From the NCBI GenBank assembly GCA_965221505.1, contig CBDCSI010000001.1, positions 2,197,835 through 2,261,834 of the forward strand: 64,000 nucleotides of DNA, read 5' to 3'. Shown here piece by piece: positions 1 to 9,148 of the stretch. The position numbers were made by a program, and so were the translations under genes. How positions within the stretch are numbered: the first letter of the stretch is position 1; each line of letters opens with the position of its first letter. The DNA comes from Rhodobacterales bacterium. Its GTDB lineage: Bacteria; Pseudomonadota; Alphaproteobacteria; Rhodobacterales; CAZPXZ01. The notes under the pieces were generated by a model, which had not been told where the DNA came from, made no database searches, and saw only the letters and a program-made list of their open reading frames with translations.

Positions 1-2820
1 CGGGTCGAGATGATCGAGACCGAAATGCCGGTCGAGACGCTTGCCGAGCTCGTCATCGCGCAAGTGGCGAGCCGCCTCGCTCACGCTCGCTTCGAGAAGA
101 TTCAGATCTCGCGCCACCCTGTCATGGCGGAGACCCGATTTGGACAGGAGATTTGCCGTAATCCTCAGGCCGCCCTCAGCCAGACTGAGATCCAGCATCT
201 GCCCGGCCCGGGCCTCGTTGACTTCCTCGGGAGTACGCTTCTTCCGCGGCTGGAGCGGCTGACCCTTGGTGCCATTGAGCATGGCACGCGCTTTCTTCTT
301 GGATTCCGCGATATCGACCGGTCCTGGGGTTCCGTCCGCGCTCGCCGTTCCCCGTTCCGGACTGGCGACGCGCAATTCCACGTCGCCATCCGGGTTTGCG
401 TGTCCAGTGACGATGGACGCGGGCGGTGGAAATGGGGGCAATTCCCCCCCCCCTTCACATTTTGGCAACTCGGAATTCGCACAAACATCGCTGCCAGTTT
501 CAGTGCCTGTCGTCCCGTAAGGCTCGGCCCCAACGCCTTCCCGCGCGCCTCCCGCCAGGTCTTCCGCCGCGGTGCGAAGCGCTTCCACCGGACGGAACAG
601 CTCCGGTATCTTGCCCGGATCCTGTAGCGCAGTCGTGACGTCGTCCTCCACGGAGCCGACCGTCCCATAATGCGCGTGATAGGACACTCTCCCAACCGAG
701 CCGATCGCCACGAGAGTCGACTCCGATTCCGCCGGTGCAGGAAGGTAAATCTTCAAGAGTTTCGAGAGTTGCTCCTCGATGCGGCTGTCATGGGCGCGAA
801 GGGCCAGAAGGACCTGCCCGAGTTCCTGCCAGCCGTCCGTCGGTCCGCTGGTCTCCAGCCATTGCTCCGCATCGACCGAGGGAGGGATCAGGATTGGGCA
901 AATGATGTAGCCCATCGACTTTCCCTCGGAGAGCCGCATCGCCCGACCGACGGCCTGGATCACGTCGATGGGGCTCTTCCGGGCTTCGAGAAAGGCCACG
1001 GCACTCAAGGAAGGCGCATCGGTTCCCTCCCCGAAAATCCCGACGTTGAGAATCCCGTGCGGACGCTCCTGGTTCGCCGCAGCTAGCCGCGACTTGGCGT
1101 TCTCGCGCGCCATCACGTTGCTAGACGCGTCGAGATGTTCGAGGGCATACCCAGCCGCCGCTTGACCGGCGCGATTCGTGTCGAGCCAATCCTGCACCCA
1201 CTTTCGCACCATGTCGGATTCCAGTTGCTTGGCCATCTCCTTCGACTTGGCTACGGTGTTCATGAATCCGATGCAGGATCGGATCTCCGCACCATCTTCC
1301 GTCCGGGTGGCGCCCCCGAGAACGAGTGCCAGAGTGAGTCCGCGCAGGAAGTGGGTTGTCGTCAGAGCGTTTCGACCCGAACGACCCGAACCCGTCTTGG
1401 CCAACTGGTTTGCCGCCTCGTACGCCGCGGGATCGTTTACGCCGAGAGCGATAATCCGGTAGTCGGTCAACCAGCCGTTCCGGACGGCTTCCATGTAGCT
1501 CTTGCGGTACAGTTCGACGCCAAAGACCGTCTCGTCGTCCATGTCACGGACAACCCAGTCGTCGTTCCTCGTCCGTCGCCGTCTCGTATCGTAGACTCGG
1601 GGCGTCGCCGTCTGATAGACCCGGTAGCGAACCGGAAAGCGCTGATTGTCGTGGCAGACCGTGAAGTCCCGCAGTTGCGCCTCGATCTTCCGAATTCGAC
1701 GCAGGCCAGCCGTGCGATGGGCTTCGTCTGCAATCAGGACTTCCGCCGTGATACCGCTCTTGCAAAGGGCCTCGCCGATCCTGTGGCTGCTTTGGTAGGT
1801 TCCGAATATTACGCCGATCCGGTCGCGATTCCCGGTACCTTCGCGCATCCATTCGGCGATCCGATCCGCGTCTGTTGTCACCAGACCCTTCACCTCGCTT
1901 GCGCTGACGCGACTCAAGTCCGCCGTCGGATCGTCCTCGCGCAGTCCCTCGGATTTCGCCTTTCTGTCGAAGCCCGCCGTCTGGTCGGAACACACCGCCA
2001 AAGTACGTAACCCTGTCTCTGTGCAGGCCAAGAACTCGCGCCGAATCTGCGCAACCAGCGCGATGGAAGGACAGAGCACGATGGCCAGTTGGCCAGGTTC
2101 CGACAATTTCTCGACAATTCTCAGCGCGATCCGGGTCTTTCCGGTTCCGCAAGGCAAGACGATCTTTCCGCGTGCCTCGCCTCTGGGCAGTCCTCCGCTG
2201 TCTGAGCCTTCATGAGCTCGAAGGACCTCGAGACTTTTCCGTACGGCCTCGGCCTGCATGCAGCTTCGGGTTTGCCGGGCGTCCGGGTCGTCCGGCATCT
2301 CGCAGTGTCGGCACTCCTGCTCTCCGCTCGGCACAGACTGCTGATGCTTTCGAAGGTCGCTCTCGAAATTGACCAGCTTGATCGGATTCTCCACGGGCAC
2401 GGACGCCATGGCGTTCGAACTGAGCGGGTTGTTTCCGTTGGTGACGAGCCAGCGCTCCGACCACAGTTTCCCGGACGAGGCGGAGGCAAAGCTGTCTACC
2501 TCTTTCTTGGTGATTTGGCTTCCGCTGCCCGTATCGTCCAGTTTCCGGGCTTTGCACTGAATTGCGATGCGGGCTCCGTCGCCGGCTCGAATCGCGACCA
2601 CGTCGATCCCGATATCTTGCCGCGAGTAGTCGTGATTGGCTCGGCCCGGCCAGTCTTGCCAGAGCCAGCATTCCTTCACGTCCCACTCTGCGATGTGAGG
2701 GGCCGCGCGTTCGACAGCCGTCTCGAGCCAGGTTCCGTCCGTTTCAGTCCGGCTCTCCGCCTCTACTGTTTCGAGCGCTTCGGCAACCGATGACCTCGGC
2801 GCCTGACTCGTCGTCGCCAT
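1..2820 (-). CDS. Mrr-like PD-(D/E)xK nuclease fused to an SF2 (ResIII/DEAH-type) helicase; the 3' end runs off the window (940 codons visible)
   Basis: Absent from the ORF track because no stop lies in the window. My translation of the reverse strand from ATG (comp. 2820-2818, GGAGAAGG 3 nt upstream) stays open to position 1. The track lists no minus-strand ORF in this phase, consistent with one uninterrupted frame. Motifs read: GIDVVAI...IAIQCK (nuclease core, ~2520-2640), VLPCGTGKT (Walker A, 2131-2160), LIADEAHR (motif II, ~1714-1737), YQTATP (motif III), QAVGRAMR (motif VI, ~931-960). Confidence 0.8.
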   Translation of the reverse strand, partial: MATTSQAPRSSVAEALETVEAESRTETDGTWLETAVERAAPHIAEWDVKECWLWQDWPGRANHDYSRQDIGIDVVAIRAGDGARIAIQCKARKLDDTGSGSQITKKEVDSFASASSGKLWSERWLVTNGNNPLSSNAMASVPVENPIKLVNFESDLRKHQQSVPSGEQECRHCEMPDDPDARQTRSCMQAEAVRKSLEVLRAHEGSDSGGLPRGEARGKIVLPCGTGKTRIALRIVEKLSEPGQLAIVLCPSIALVAQIRREFLACTETGLRTLAVCSDQTAGFDRKAKSEGLREDDPTADLSRVSASEVKGLVTTDADRIAEWMREGTGNRDRIGVIFGTYQSSHRIGEALCKSGITAEVLIADEAHRTAGLRRIRKIEAQLRDFTVCHDNQRFPVRYRVYQTATPRVYDTRRRRTRNDDWVVRDMDDETVFGVELYRKSYMEAVRNGWLTDYRIIALGVNDPAAYEAANQLAKTGSGRSGRNALTTTHFLRGLTLALVLGGATRTEDGAEIRSCIGFMNTVAKSKEMAKQLESDMVRKWVQDWLDTNRAGQAAAGYALEHLDASSNVMARENAKSRLAAANQERPHGILNVGIFGEGTDAPSLSAVAFLEARKSPIDVIQAVGRAMRLSEGKSMGYIICPILIPPSVDAEQWLETSGPTDGWQELGQVLLALRAHDSRIEEQLSKLLKIYLPAPAESESTLVAIGSVGRVSYHAHYGTVGSVEDDVTTALQDPGKIPELFRPVEALRTAAEDLAGGAREGVGAEPYGTTGTETGSDVCANSELPKCEGGGELPPFPPPASIVTGHANPDGDVELRVASPERGTASADGTPGPVDIAESKKKARAMLNGTKGQPLQPRKKRTPEEVNEARAGQMLDLSLAEGGLRITANLLSKSGLRHDRVARDLNLLEASVSEAARHLRDDELGKRLDRHFGLDHLDP
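444..453. repeat. C10 (G10 on the coding strand) homopolymer inside the nuclease-helicase ORF
   Basis: Counted directly: attCCCCCCCCCCttc at 444-453. In the gene frame it encodes E-G-G-G-E within a low-complexity linker. Confidence 0.95.
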
Positions 2821-3092
2821 GTCCTTCTCCCGTCCTCGTGCCCGCCCGGAACGCCTGCCACGCGACACTGCGGTCCCTTCGGTTCGAGACCCGCAAGACT
2901 CGTCCGTGCAGCGCCTCTACAAGCCAACAGCCGACAAACCTTATGCGTCCCAGCCGTCCGCGTCGAGTCGGCACAATCCTGTCGACCCACTTCCTCCCGA
3001 CGAAGAATCCTCGTCGATCACCCGCTACCCACAGACCGGCTCCGCTCGTGCGACGGCCCCGAGCCGGCTCGCCGGCGCGGGAGTGACTCCAC

Positions 3093-5153
3093 TCAAACGC
3101 CGTCTCGCTGAATATCCTCCAGCCAGGCGCGGGCGAACACGCATCGACCGTTCTCGAACACGTCGAGACGGGCATGAACGCGAAAGTCGGCCTTGTCGCA
3201 GGTCAACTCCAGACGGGTGCGGATACGGACGTCGAGACCCTCGCGCCCGTAGCGGTCCTCACCCTTCAGGAGAAGCCTCGCCGAAAGCGGATCGTCGGGG
3301 TGAATCTCGAAGCGGCGGCGGATTACGTTGCCGCTGTGCCAGCCGCTCCGGTCCATCCGGGTAACCCCGCCGTCCTCCTCATGGACGAAGACGAGAGCGC
3401 CCGTTGCGTGATCCTCCTCGAACCGGGCCACGACCGGCGCGCCCGGGCGCAGGGCGGTGCGCGGGTCGAGCGGCGTCTTCTGCGGCCGAGGCAGCGGCGG
3501 AAGCTGCCCGTCCTCCTCCCGGTCCTCTCGAACGGGGAGCGACAATCGCGATACTCCGGTACGCAGGGTCAGCGTGACCGGCTCCGGCGACGGCCACGCG
3601 ATCGGCCAGAGTCCCGTCGAGAGCGCCAGACGGATGCGGCTGCCCTTCGCGAACCGGTACGCGTTGCCGTTCAGCACTACGGAAACCTCGAACGGTTCTC
3701 CGGGAGTGAGGTGCGTCACCGTCTCGTGACTGTCGTCATGGGTGAGATTGCGCAATCCGAAGCTGACACGATTCACGGCGCCGTCCGAGCGGACCTCCGA
3801 GAGCCGCAGGGCGATCTGAGCGACGGGGCGGTCGCTGGCGAGACGCAGGCGGACGATCGGCATCCCGAAGAACGCCAGGGGCTCCTCCAGCGGTTCGCTA
3901 TCGAAGCAGAGCGACATGGCGTCGTCCGGCCGCTGGTCGGACGGGCTCTCCGGCGCCGCCATTCCGTTGTGGCCCCAGAACGGGTTGGCGCGCCCGACCG
4001 TGGCCGGGGAGCGAAACGAAACGCCGTTCCCGGACTCGGGCGCTTCCCCGAGGCCGCTCCGGTTCAGATACCACTGCCGGTAGCTCTCTTCCGGCGGCGG
4101 CCAGCCGTGCTCGGCGATCCAGTGTCCCGGCACCTCCCGAAGCACCGTCGCCGGCCGGTAGCTGTCGTGCATCCAGGCGCGAATCGTCGGCTCCCGGTCG
4201 ATGCCGGTATCCCGGTCCTTGAGCCACCGGTCCCACCATCGGCAGCTCTCCTGCAGGAACCCCGCCGCCGGTGCCGGAAGCGCCTGGTGGGGATACTGGT
4301 GCCCCCAGGGGCCGATCCAGGCCCGCCTCGGCACGTCGAGCCCCTCCATCAGGCGCAGCGCGGGATCCGTATACGGATCGAGCCAGCCGCCGACCGCAAA
4401 TACGGGACAGGCGATGGCGGAGAAGTCCTCGCAGACCGAGCCGTGTTTCCAGAAGTCGTCCCGGCGCTGGTGCCGGAGCCACTCCAGCACCCAGGGCGGG
4501 CTGTTCTCCATTCGACGGAACCAGGCGTCCCGCCAGCCCTCCCCGAACAGGACCGGATCCGGCGGACGGGCGTTGTGGCCGAACATGGTGAAACACCAAT
4601 TCGGGTTTTCGAGAAGCTGGCACCCGCCCATGGTGTGAATGTCGGTGGCGTATCGGTCGTCGGTCGAACAGACGGTGACGATGGCCTTCAGCGCCGGAGG
4701 ACGCCGCGCGGCGACCTGCAGGCAGTTGAAGCCGCCCCAGCTCTTCCCGAACATGCCCACCCGGCCGGTGCACCAGGGCTGCGCCGCCAGCCAGGCGATT
4801 ACCTCCTCCGCATCGGCCAGTTCCCGTTCGAGATACTCCCCGAGCAGCACCCCGTCCGACTCGCCGCTGCCCCGGAGGTCGACCCGGAAGGACGCGTATC
4901 CCTGCCCGGCGAACCAGGGATGCATCGCCTCGTCCCGCGCCGACGTGCCGTCGCGCTTGCAATACGGAATGTATTCGAGGAGCGCCGGAACCGGGTTCTC
5001 CTCCGCATCTGCCGGCAGCCAGCACCGGTAGGCGAGCCGGGCTCCGTCTGCGAGCGGAATCCAGCCGTGTTCGATCTCGCGGACGGCTCTCGGAAGCGAG
5101 TCCGGATCGACGACGGAACCGTCGTCGTCGACCCCACGCTGCGCCGCAATCAT
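3093..5153 (-). CDS. CocE/NonD family hydrolase (S15 X-Pro dipeptidyl-peptidase-like)
   Basis: This is the C-terminal 686 aa of track ORF 3093..5762. It starts at MIAAQRG (comp. 5153) with GGAGGGAGG 6 nt upstream. It has the GKSWGG serine-nucleophile motif, and the ALLEYIPYCKRDG... and ...WLDPYTD regions are typical of CocE/NonD. The upstream 200 aa of the track ORF is R/G/P-rich junk. Confidence 0.85.
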   Translation of the reverse strand: MIAAQRGVDDDGSVVDPDSLPRAVREIEHGWIPLADGARLAYRCWLPADAEENPVPALLEYIPYCKRDGTSARDEAMHPWFAGQGYASFRVDLRGSGESDGVLLGEYLERELADAEEVIAWLAAQPWCTGRVGMFGKSWGGFNCLQVAARRPPALKAIVTVCSTDDRYATDIHTMGGCQLLENPNWCFTMFGHNARPPDPVLFGEGWRDAWFRRMENSPPWVLEWLRHQRRDDFWKHGSVCEDFSAIACPVFAVGGWLDPYTDPALRLMEGLDVPRRAWIGPWGHQYPHQALPAPAAGFLQESCRWWDRWLKDRDTGIDREPTIRAWMHDSYRPATVLREVPGHWIAEHGWPPPEESYRQWYLNRSGLGEAPESGNGVSFRSPATVGRANPFWGHNGMAAPESPSDQRPDDAMSLCFDSEPLEEPLAFFGMPIVRLRLASDRPVAQIALRLSEVRSDGAVNRVSFGLRNLTHDDSHETVTHLTPGEPFEVSVVLNGNAYRFAKGSRIRLALSTGLWPIAWPSPEPVTLTLRTGVSRLSLPVREDREEDGQLPPLPRPQKTPLDPRTALRPGAPVVARFEEDHATGALVFVHEEDGGVTRMDRSGWHSGNVIRRRFEIHPDDPLSARLLLKGEDRYGREGLDVRIRTRLELTCDKADFRVHARLDVFENGRCVFARAWLEDIQRDGV

Positions 5154-5194
5154 GGCATGCCTCCCTCCTGGCTTTCGCTCCCCGGCCGCACCGG

Positions 5195-7237
5195 TCAGGC
5201 CGCACGCTCCAGGGGATAGTGACACAGGACCCTCCGCCCCCCGGACAGCGTACGCTCGACCGGAATCTCGGCCCGGCAGCGATCCCCCGCCTTCGGACAG
5301 CGGGTGTGGAACTCGCAGCCCCGAGGCCGGTTGATCAGGCTCGGGATCTCTCCCTCGATGGGCGCCGCGTCGATTCGCCTCGACGGATCCGGCTGCGGAA
5401 TCCCCCGGATCAACGCGTCCGTATACGGGTGCGCCGGCGCCCGGAACACCGCTTCGCAGGGGCCGCGCTCCACGATCCGGCCGAGATACATGATCGCCAG
5501 GCTGTCGCAGATGTGGCGAATCGCCGGAAGGTTGTGGCTGACGAGCAAGTAGCTCAGTCCCCGCTCCTCCCGCAGTTGCGACAGCAGGTTCAGGATTTCT
5601 CCCTGGACCGACACGTCGAGGCCGGCCGTCGGTTCGTCCGCGACCACGAGCGAAGGCTCGAGCGAGAGGGCCCGGGCGACTCCCACCCGCCTCGCCTGCC
5701 CGCCCGAGAGCTCGTGCGGGTACCGGTCCAGCATCTGCTGCGGCAGCTGCACCATGTCGCACAACCGGCGAATCGCGGTTTCGGTACCGCCGTCGTTCGC
5801 CCGATGAATGTGGAACGGCTCGGCGAGAAGCGACCGCACCGTCTTGCGCGGGCTAAGCGATCCCACCGGATCCTGGAAGATCATGGCGAGACTGCGCCGG
5901 ACGCGGCTCCATTCGGCGGACGACAGGGCGCCGACGTCCCGCCCGTCCACCCGGATCGAGCCTTCCGCCGGTTCGAGCAGGCCGATGACCGTTCGGCCGA
6001 GCGTCGTCTTGCCCGAACCGCTCTCCCCGATCAGCCCGAGCGTACCGCCGCGCCTGAGCGAGAGGCTGGCGCCGAGAACCGCGTCGACGAACGGATCCGG
6101 ATTCCGGTCGAGAAACGCCCGCACCCTTCCCGCGACGCGGAACCGGACGCGCAGCTCCCGGATGTCGAGAAGGGCTTCCGATACGCCTTCCCCGGTCGCG
6201 GCTGCCTCGTCGGCCGGCGCGGCCGTCGCCGGCGAAGCGAAGTCGCCGAGCGACTCGGCAAAGTGACAGCGGGACGCCTGTCCGTCGGCCAACGCCCGCA
6301 GCGCCGGTCTGGCGTCCCTGCACTCCGCTCGCGCATGGAGGCAGCGAGGGGCGAAGGCGCATCCTTCGGGCACGAGCTGCAGGCTCGGCACCTCGCCGGG
6401 GATGGTCGGAAGCCGGCGGGACCGGTGCGGGCTTCGGGCGGGATCGCATTCCAGCAGCGCACGGGTGTAGGGGTGGCGGGGCGCATGGAATATCTGCTCG
6501 ACGCTGCCGGTCTCGACCACCTCCCCGGCGTACATCACCGCAACGCTGTCGCACAGGCTCGCGATCAGGCCGAGATTGTGGGAGACGAGCACCAGCGTCG
6601 CCTCCACCTGATCGTTCAGCTGCCGCAGGAGTTGCACGATCTGGGCCTCGAGCGTCACGTCGAGCGCCGTCGTCGGCTCGTCGAGAAAGACCAGCGGCGG
6701 TTCGAGCAGGAGCGCCATGGCGATGGCGGCACGCTGCCGCATCCCGCCGGAGAACTGGAACGGATATTGCCGGGCGCGCTCGGCCGGATCCGGAATTCCG
6801 ACCTTGCGGATCCAGTCCACGGCGCGCGCCTGGCGCGCCGCGAGCGGAAGCTCCGCCAGTCGCCGCTGCACGTCGAGCATCTGTCGGAGATAGGAGAGGA
6901 CCGGAATCTGCGACGTCATCGGGTCCTGGAACACGATGGAGACCTGTCCGCCCCGAAACCGCTGCAGCGCCGCCTCGTCCAGTCCGAGAACGTCCGTGTC
7001 GCCGACTCGAATCGAGCCGCTCCGCACCGTCGCGTTGCTCGCGAGGAGCCGGGAGATCGCCCAGACGAGGGTGGATTTTCCCGAGCCGCTCTCGCCGACG
7101 ATTCCCATCACGCGCCGCCGCGGCACCGCCAGCGAGACGTCCCGCAACGCATGTACGGGACCGTGCGGCGTCCGAAAGTCGACGCTCAACCCCGAGACTT
7201 CGAGCAGCGGGCGCGCATCCCGGCGCTCCGCGCTCAT
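5195..7237 (-). CDS. Fused double ATPase of a peptide/nickel-type ABC transporter (DppD/DppF-like halves)
   Basis: This is the tail of track ORF 5195..9109, starting at MSAERRDARPLLEVSGL. It has two Walker A sites ([18 protein letters not shown]) and two LSGGxxQR signatures. Its ATG overlaps the upstream permease stop (ATGA at 7234-7237). Confidence 0.9.
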   Translation of the reverse strand: MSAERRDARPLLEVSGLSVDFRTPHGPVHALRDVSLAVPRRRVMGIVGESGSGKSTLVWAISRLLASNATVRSGSIRVGDTDVLGLDEAALQRFRGGQVSIVFQDPMTSQIPVLSYLRQMLDVQRRLAELPLAARQARAVDWIRKVGIPDPAERARQYPFQFSGGMRQRAAIAMALLLEPPLVFLDEPTTALDVTLEAQIVQLLRQLNDQVEATLVLVSHNLGLIASLCDSVAVMYAGEVVETGSVEQIFHAPRHPYTRALLECDPARSPHRSRRLPTIPGEVPSLQLVPEGCAFAPRCLHARAECRDARPALRALADGQASRCHFAESLGDFASPATAAPADEAAATGEGVSEALLDIRELRVRFRVAGRVRAFLDRNPDPFVDAVLGASLSLRRGGTLGLIGESGSGKTTLGRTVIGLLEPAEGSIRVDGRDVGALSSAEWSRVRRSLAMIFQDPVGSLSPRKTVRSLLAEPFHIHRANDGGTETAIRRLCDMVQLPQQMLDRYPHELSGGQARRVGVARALSLEPSLVVADEPTAGLDVSVQGEILNLLSQLREERGLSYLLVSHNLPAIRHICDSLAIMYLGRIVERGPCEAVFRAPAHPYTDALIRGIPQPDPSRRIDAAPIEGEIPSLINRPRGCEFHTRCPKAGDRCRAEIPVERTLSGGRRVLCHYPLERAA

Positions 7238-8133
7238 CGCCGCAGCCTGAGCTTGGGGTCGATGGTGTCGCGCAAGGCCTCGGCGAAAAAGGTGAATCCG
7301 AGCGTGGTCAGCACCAGCGGGATTCCGCCGGCGACGACCGGCCAGTAGGTGTCGCGAAGCACGGTATAGCCTTCCGAGAGCACGGTGCCCCAGCTCGACA
7401 TGGGCGGCAGCACGCCGAGTCCGAGAAAACTGAGACCCGCTTCGACGGTCACCACCACCGGCACTTCCATGGCCGCCAGGATCAGCAGCGGTCCCACCAC
7501 GTTCGGCATCACGTGGTGCCACAGGATTCGGGGCATGCCGGCGCCGAGCGCGCGCTCGGCGAGAATGAACTCGGTCGACTTCAAGGAGAGCGTGGCGGTG
7601 CGCGCCACCCGTGCGTAGCCGGGTATCGAGGTGACGATCACCACCGCGAGCACCAGCGTGAGACTCGGCCCGGTCAGCGCGACGACGGTCAGCGCGAGCA
7701 TGATGGTGGGAAAGGACCGAATGGTGTCGAACGCCAGCAACAGGAAGTTGTCCAGCCACTTCGGACCGTATCCGGCCAGCATGCCGAGCAGGAGGCCGAT
7801 CGCGAGGGAGAGGGTGACGCCGATGCCGGCGACGTAGAGGGCGACCCGGCCGCCGTAGAGCACCCGGGAGAGGGTGTCGCGACCGAGCTGGTCGGTCCCC
7901 GCCGGGTGTTCGAGCGACGGGCCCTGCATCCGGGAGGGAATGTCGATCTTGTTCGGCGGATGCGGCGCGAGAACCGGGGCGAAGACCGCGGACCCGACGA
8001 AGAGGAGCACGAGGCAGAGCGAGACGACGCCGACCGGCCGGCGCAGGAATTCGCGCCAGAGCGCCCCGCGAACCCGCGCCCTCGCACGGGACGCGTCGGC
8101 GCCCGGCGCCCCGCGAAGCGAACCCGTCGACAT
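7234..8133 (-). CDS. ABC transporter permease (DppC/OppC-like)
   Basis: Track ORF of 299 aa with a multi-TM profile and an N-terminal ...FAPVLAPHPPNKIDI... segment typical of DppC-type permeases. Its start directly abuts the stop of the preceding permease (8134). Confidence 0.9.
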   Translation of the reverse strand: MSTGSLRGAPGADASRARARVRGALWREFLRRPVGVVSLCLVLLFVGSAVFAPVLAPHPPNKIDIPSRMQGPSLEHPAGTDQLGRDTLSRVLYGGRVALYVAGIGVTLSLAIGLLLGMLAGYGPKWLDNFLLLAFDTIRSFPTIMLALTVVALTGPSLTLVLAVVIVTSIPGYARVARTATLSLKSTEFILAERALGAGMPRILWHHVMPNVVGPLLILAAMEVPVVVTVEAGLSFLGLGVLPPMSSWGTVLSEGYTVLRDTYWPVVAGGIPLVLTTLGFTFFAEALRDTIDPKLRLRR

Positions 8134-9078
8134 CTACAGGGCCTGCCGGACGCGGGGGTCGAGCGCCGCGACCGCCAGATCCGCGACGAGGACGACGTTC
8201 ACGTAGAGCACGGTGGTGATCAGCACGGCGCCCTGGACGACCGGAAAGTTGCGGGTCATCACCATATCGAAGATCAGCTTGCCCACCCCGGGCCGGGCGA
8301 AGATGATCTCGGCGAATACCGCCCCCGAGAGAAGCGAGCCGAACCCCATTCCGATCAGGGTGAGCGTCGGGAGAACGGCGATCCGGAGGGCGTAGCCGTA
8401 GACGATCCTCCGCCGGGATATTCCGAGCGAACGCGCCGCGCGAATGTATGCCTCCCCCATGACTTCGAGCATCGACGCGCGCACCATTCGGGCGAGATAT
8501 CCCACCCAGCCCAGTCCGACCGCGAAGGCCGGCAGGACCAGATGGTGCAACTGGTCGACCGGATCCCCGGGATCGCCGGCGCCGATGATGGGGAACCAGC
8601 CGAGAACCAGGCCGAAAAGCAGGAGCGACCAGATCGACACCAGAAAGGACGGCACGGCGATGGTGCCGACCGAGAGCACGCCGGTGATGCGGTCGAGCCA
8701 GCTTCCGGGGCGCGTGGCGGCGACGCAGCCCAGCGGAATTCCGATCGCCGCCGCCCAGGCCAGCCCGGAGACCGCCAGCGCGAGCGTGAAGCGAAGCTGG
8801 TCGAGCACGGTCCGCGCGACGCTTTGCTCCGAGAAGATGTCCACGCCGAGGTCGCCCTGGACGGCGTGTTCCAGATAGCGCAGAAACTGGACCCAGACCG
8901 GCAGGTCGAGCCCGAGCCGTTCGGCGTAGCGCGCCTGGACTTCCGGCGTGGCGCGGGGGCCGAGCGCAATGGAGATCGGGTCGCCCGGCATCAGATGCAT
9001 AAGGGAGAAGAGAACCAGCAGCACGCAGAACACGATCAGCGCGGCGAGAAAACACCGCCGGATCGCGTAGTGCAGCAT
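8134..9078 (-). CDS. ABC transporter permease (DppB/OppB-like)
   Basis: Track ORF of 314 aa. MLHYAIRRCFLAALIVF...LMPGDP is the canonical DppB N-terminus. Confidence 0.9.
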   Translation of the reverse strand: MLHYAIRRCFLAALIVFCVLLVLFSLMHLMPGDPISIALGPRATPEVQARYAERLGLDLPVWVQFLRYLEHAVQGDLGVDIFSEQSVARTVLDQLRFTLALAVSGLAWAAAIGIPLGCVAATRPGSWLDRITGVLSVGTIAVPSFLVSIWSLLLFGLVLGWFPIIGAGDPGDPVDQLHHLVLPAFAVGLGWVGYLARMVRASMLEVMGEAYIRAARSLGISRRRIVYGYALRIAVLPTLTLIGMGFGSLLSGAVFAEIIFARPGVGKLIFDMVMTRNFPVVQGAVLITTVLYVNVVLVADLAVAALDPRVRQAL

Positions 9079-9148
9079 GGTCGGGGCGTATCGGGACTCC
9101 CCGGCGCACCCGAAGGGCGCGCCGGGGACCGTTCGTCGGGCTCGGCCG

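Noticed and set aside
10-627. Plus-strand ORF 10..627 (205 aa, MIETEMPVETLAELV…), which looks moderately protein-like.
   Set aside because: It is the codon-aligned antisense of the uninterrupted nuclease-helicase frame, which cannot terminate here because it has no stop in the window. My position-specific G+C counts over 1-120 were ambiguous (70% vs ~82%) and do not favour the plus-strand ORF over continuity with the helicase. Some uncertainty remains.
5154-5762. N-terminal extensions that the track assigns to many real genes (for example 3093..5762, 5195..9109, 27791..30427, 29440..31788, 40505..43228, 43583..45007, 53186..56329).
   Set aside because: The extensions are low-complexity R/G/P sequence running through neighbouring genes. 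Internal starts with good Shine-Dalgarno motifs coincide with the canonical N-termini of the respective families.
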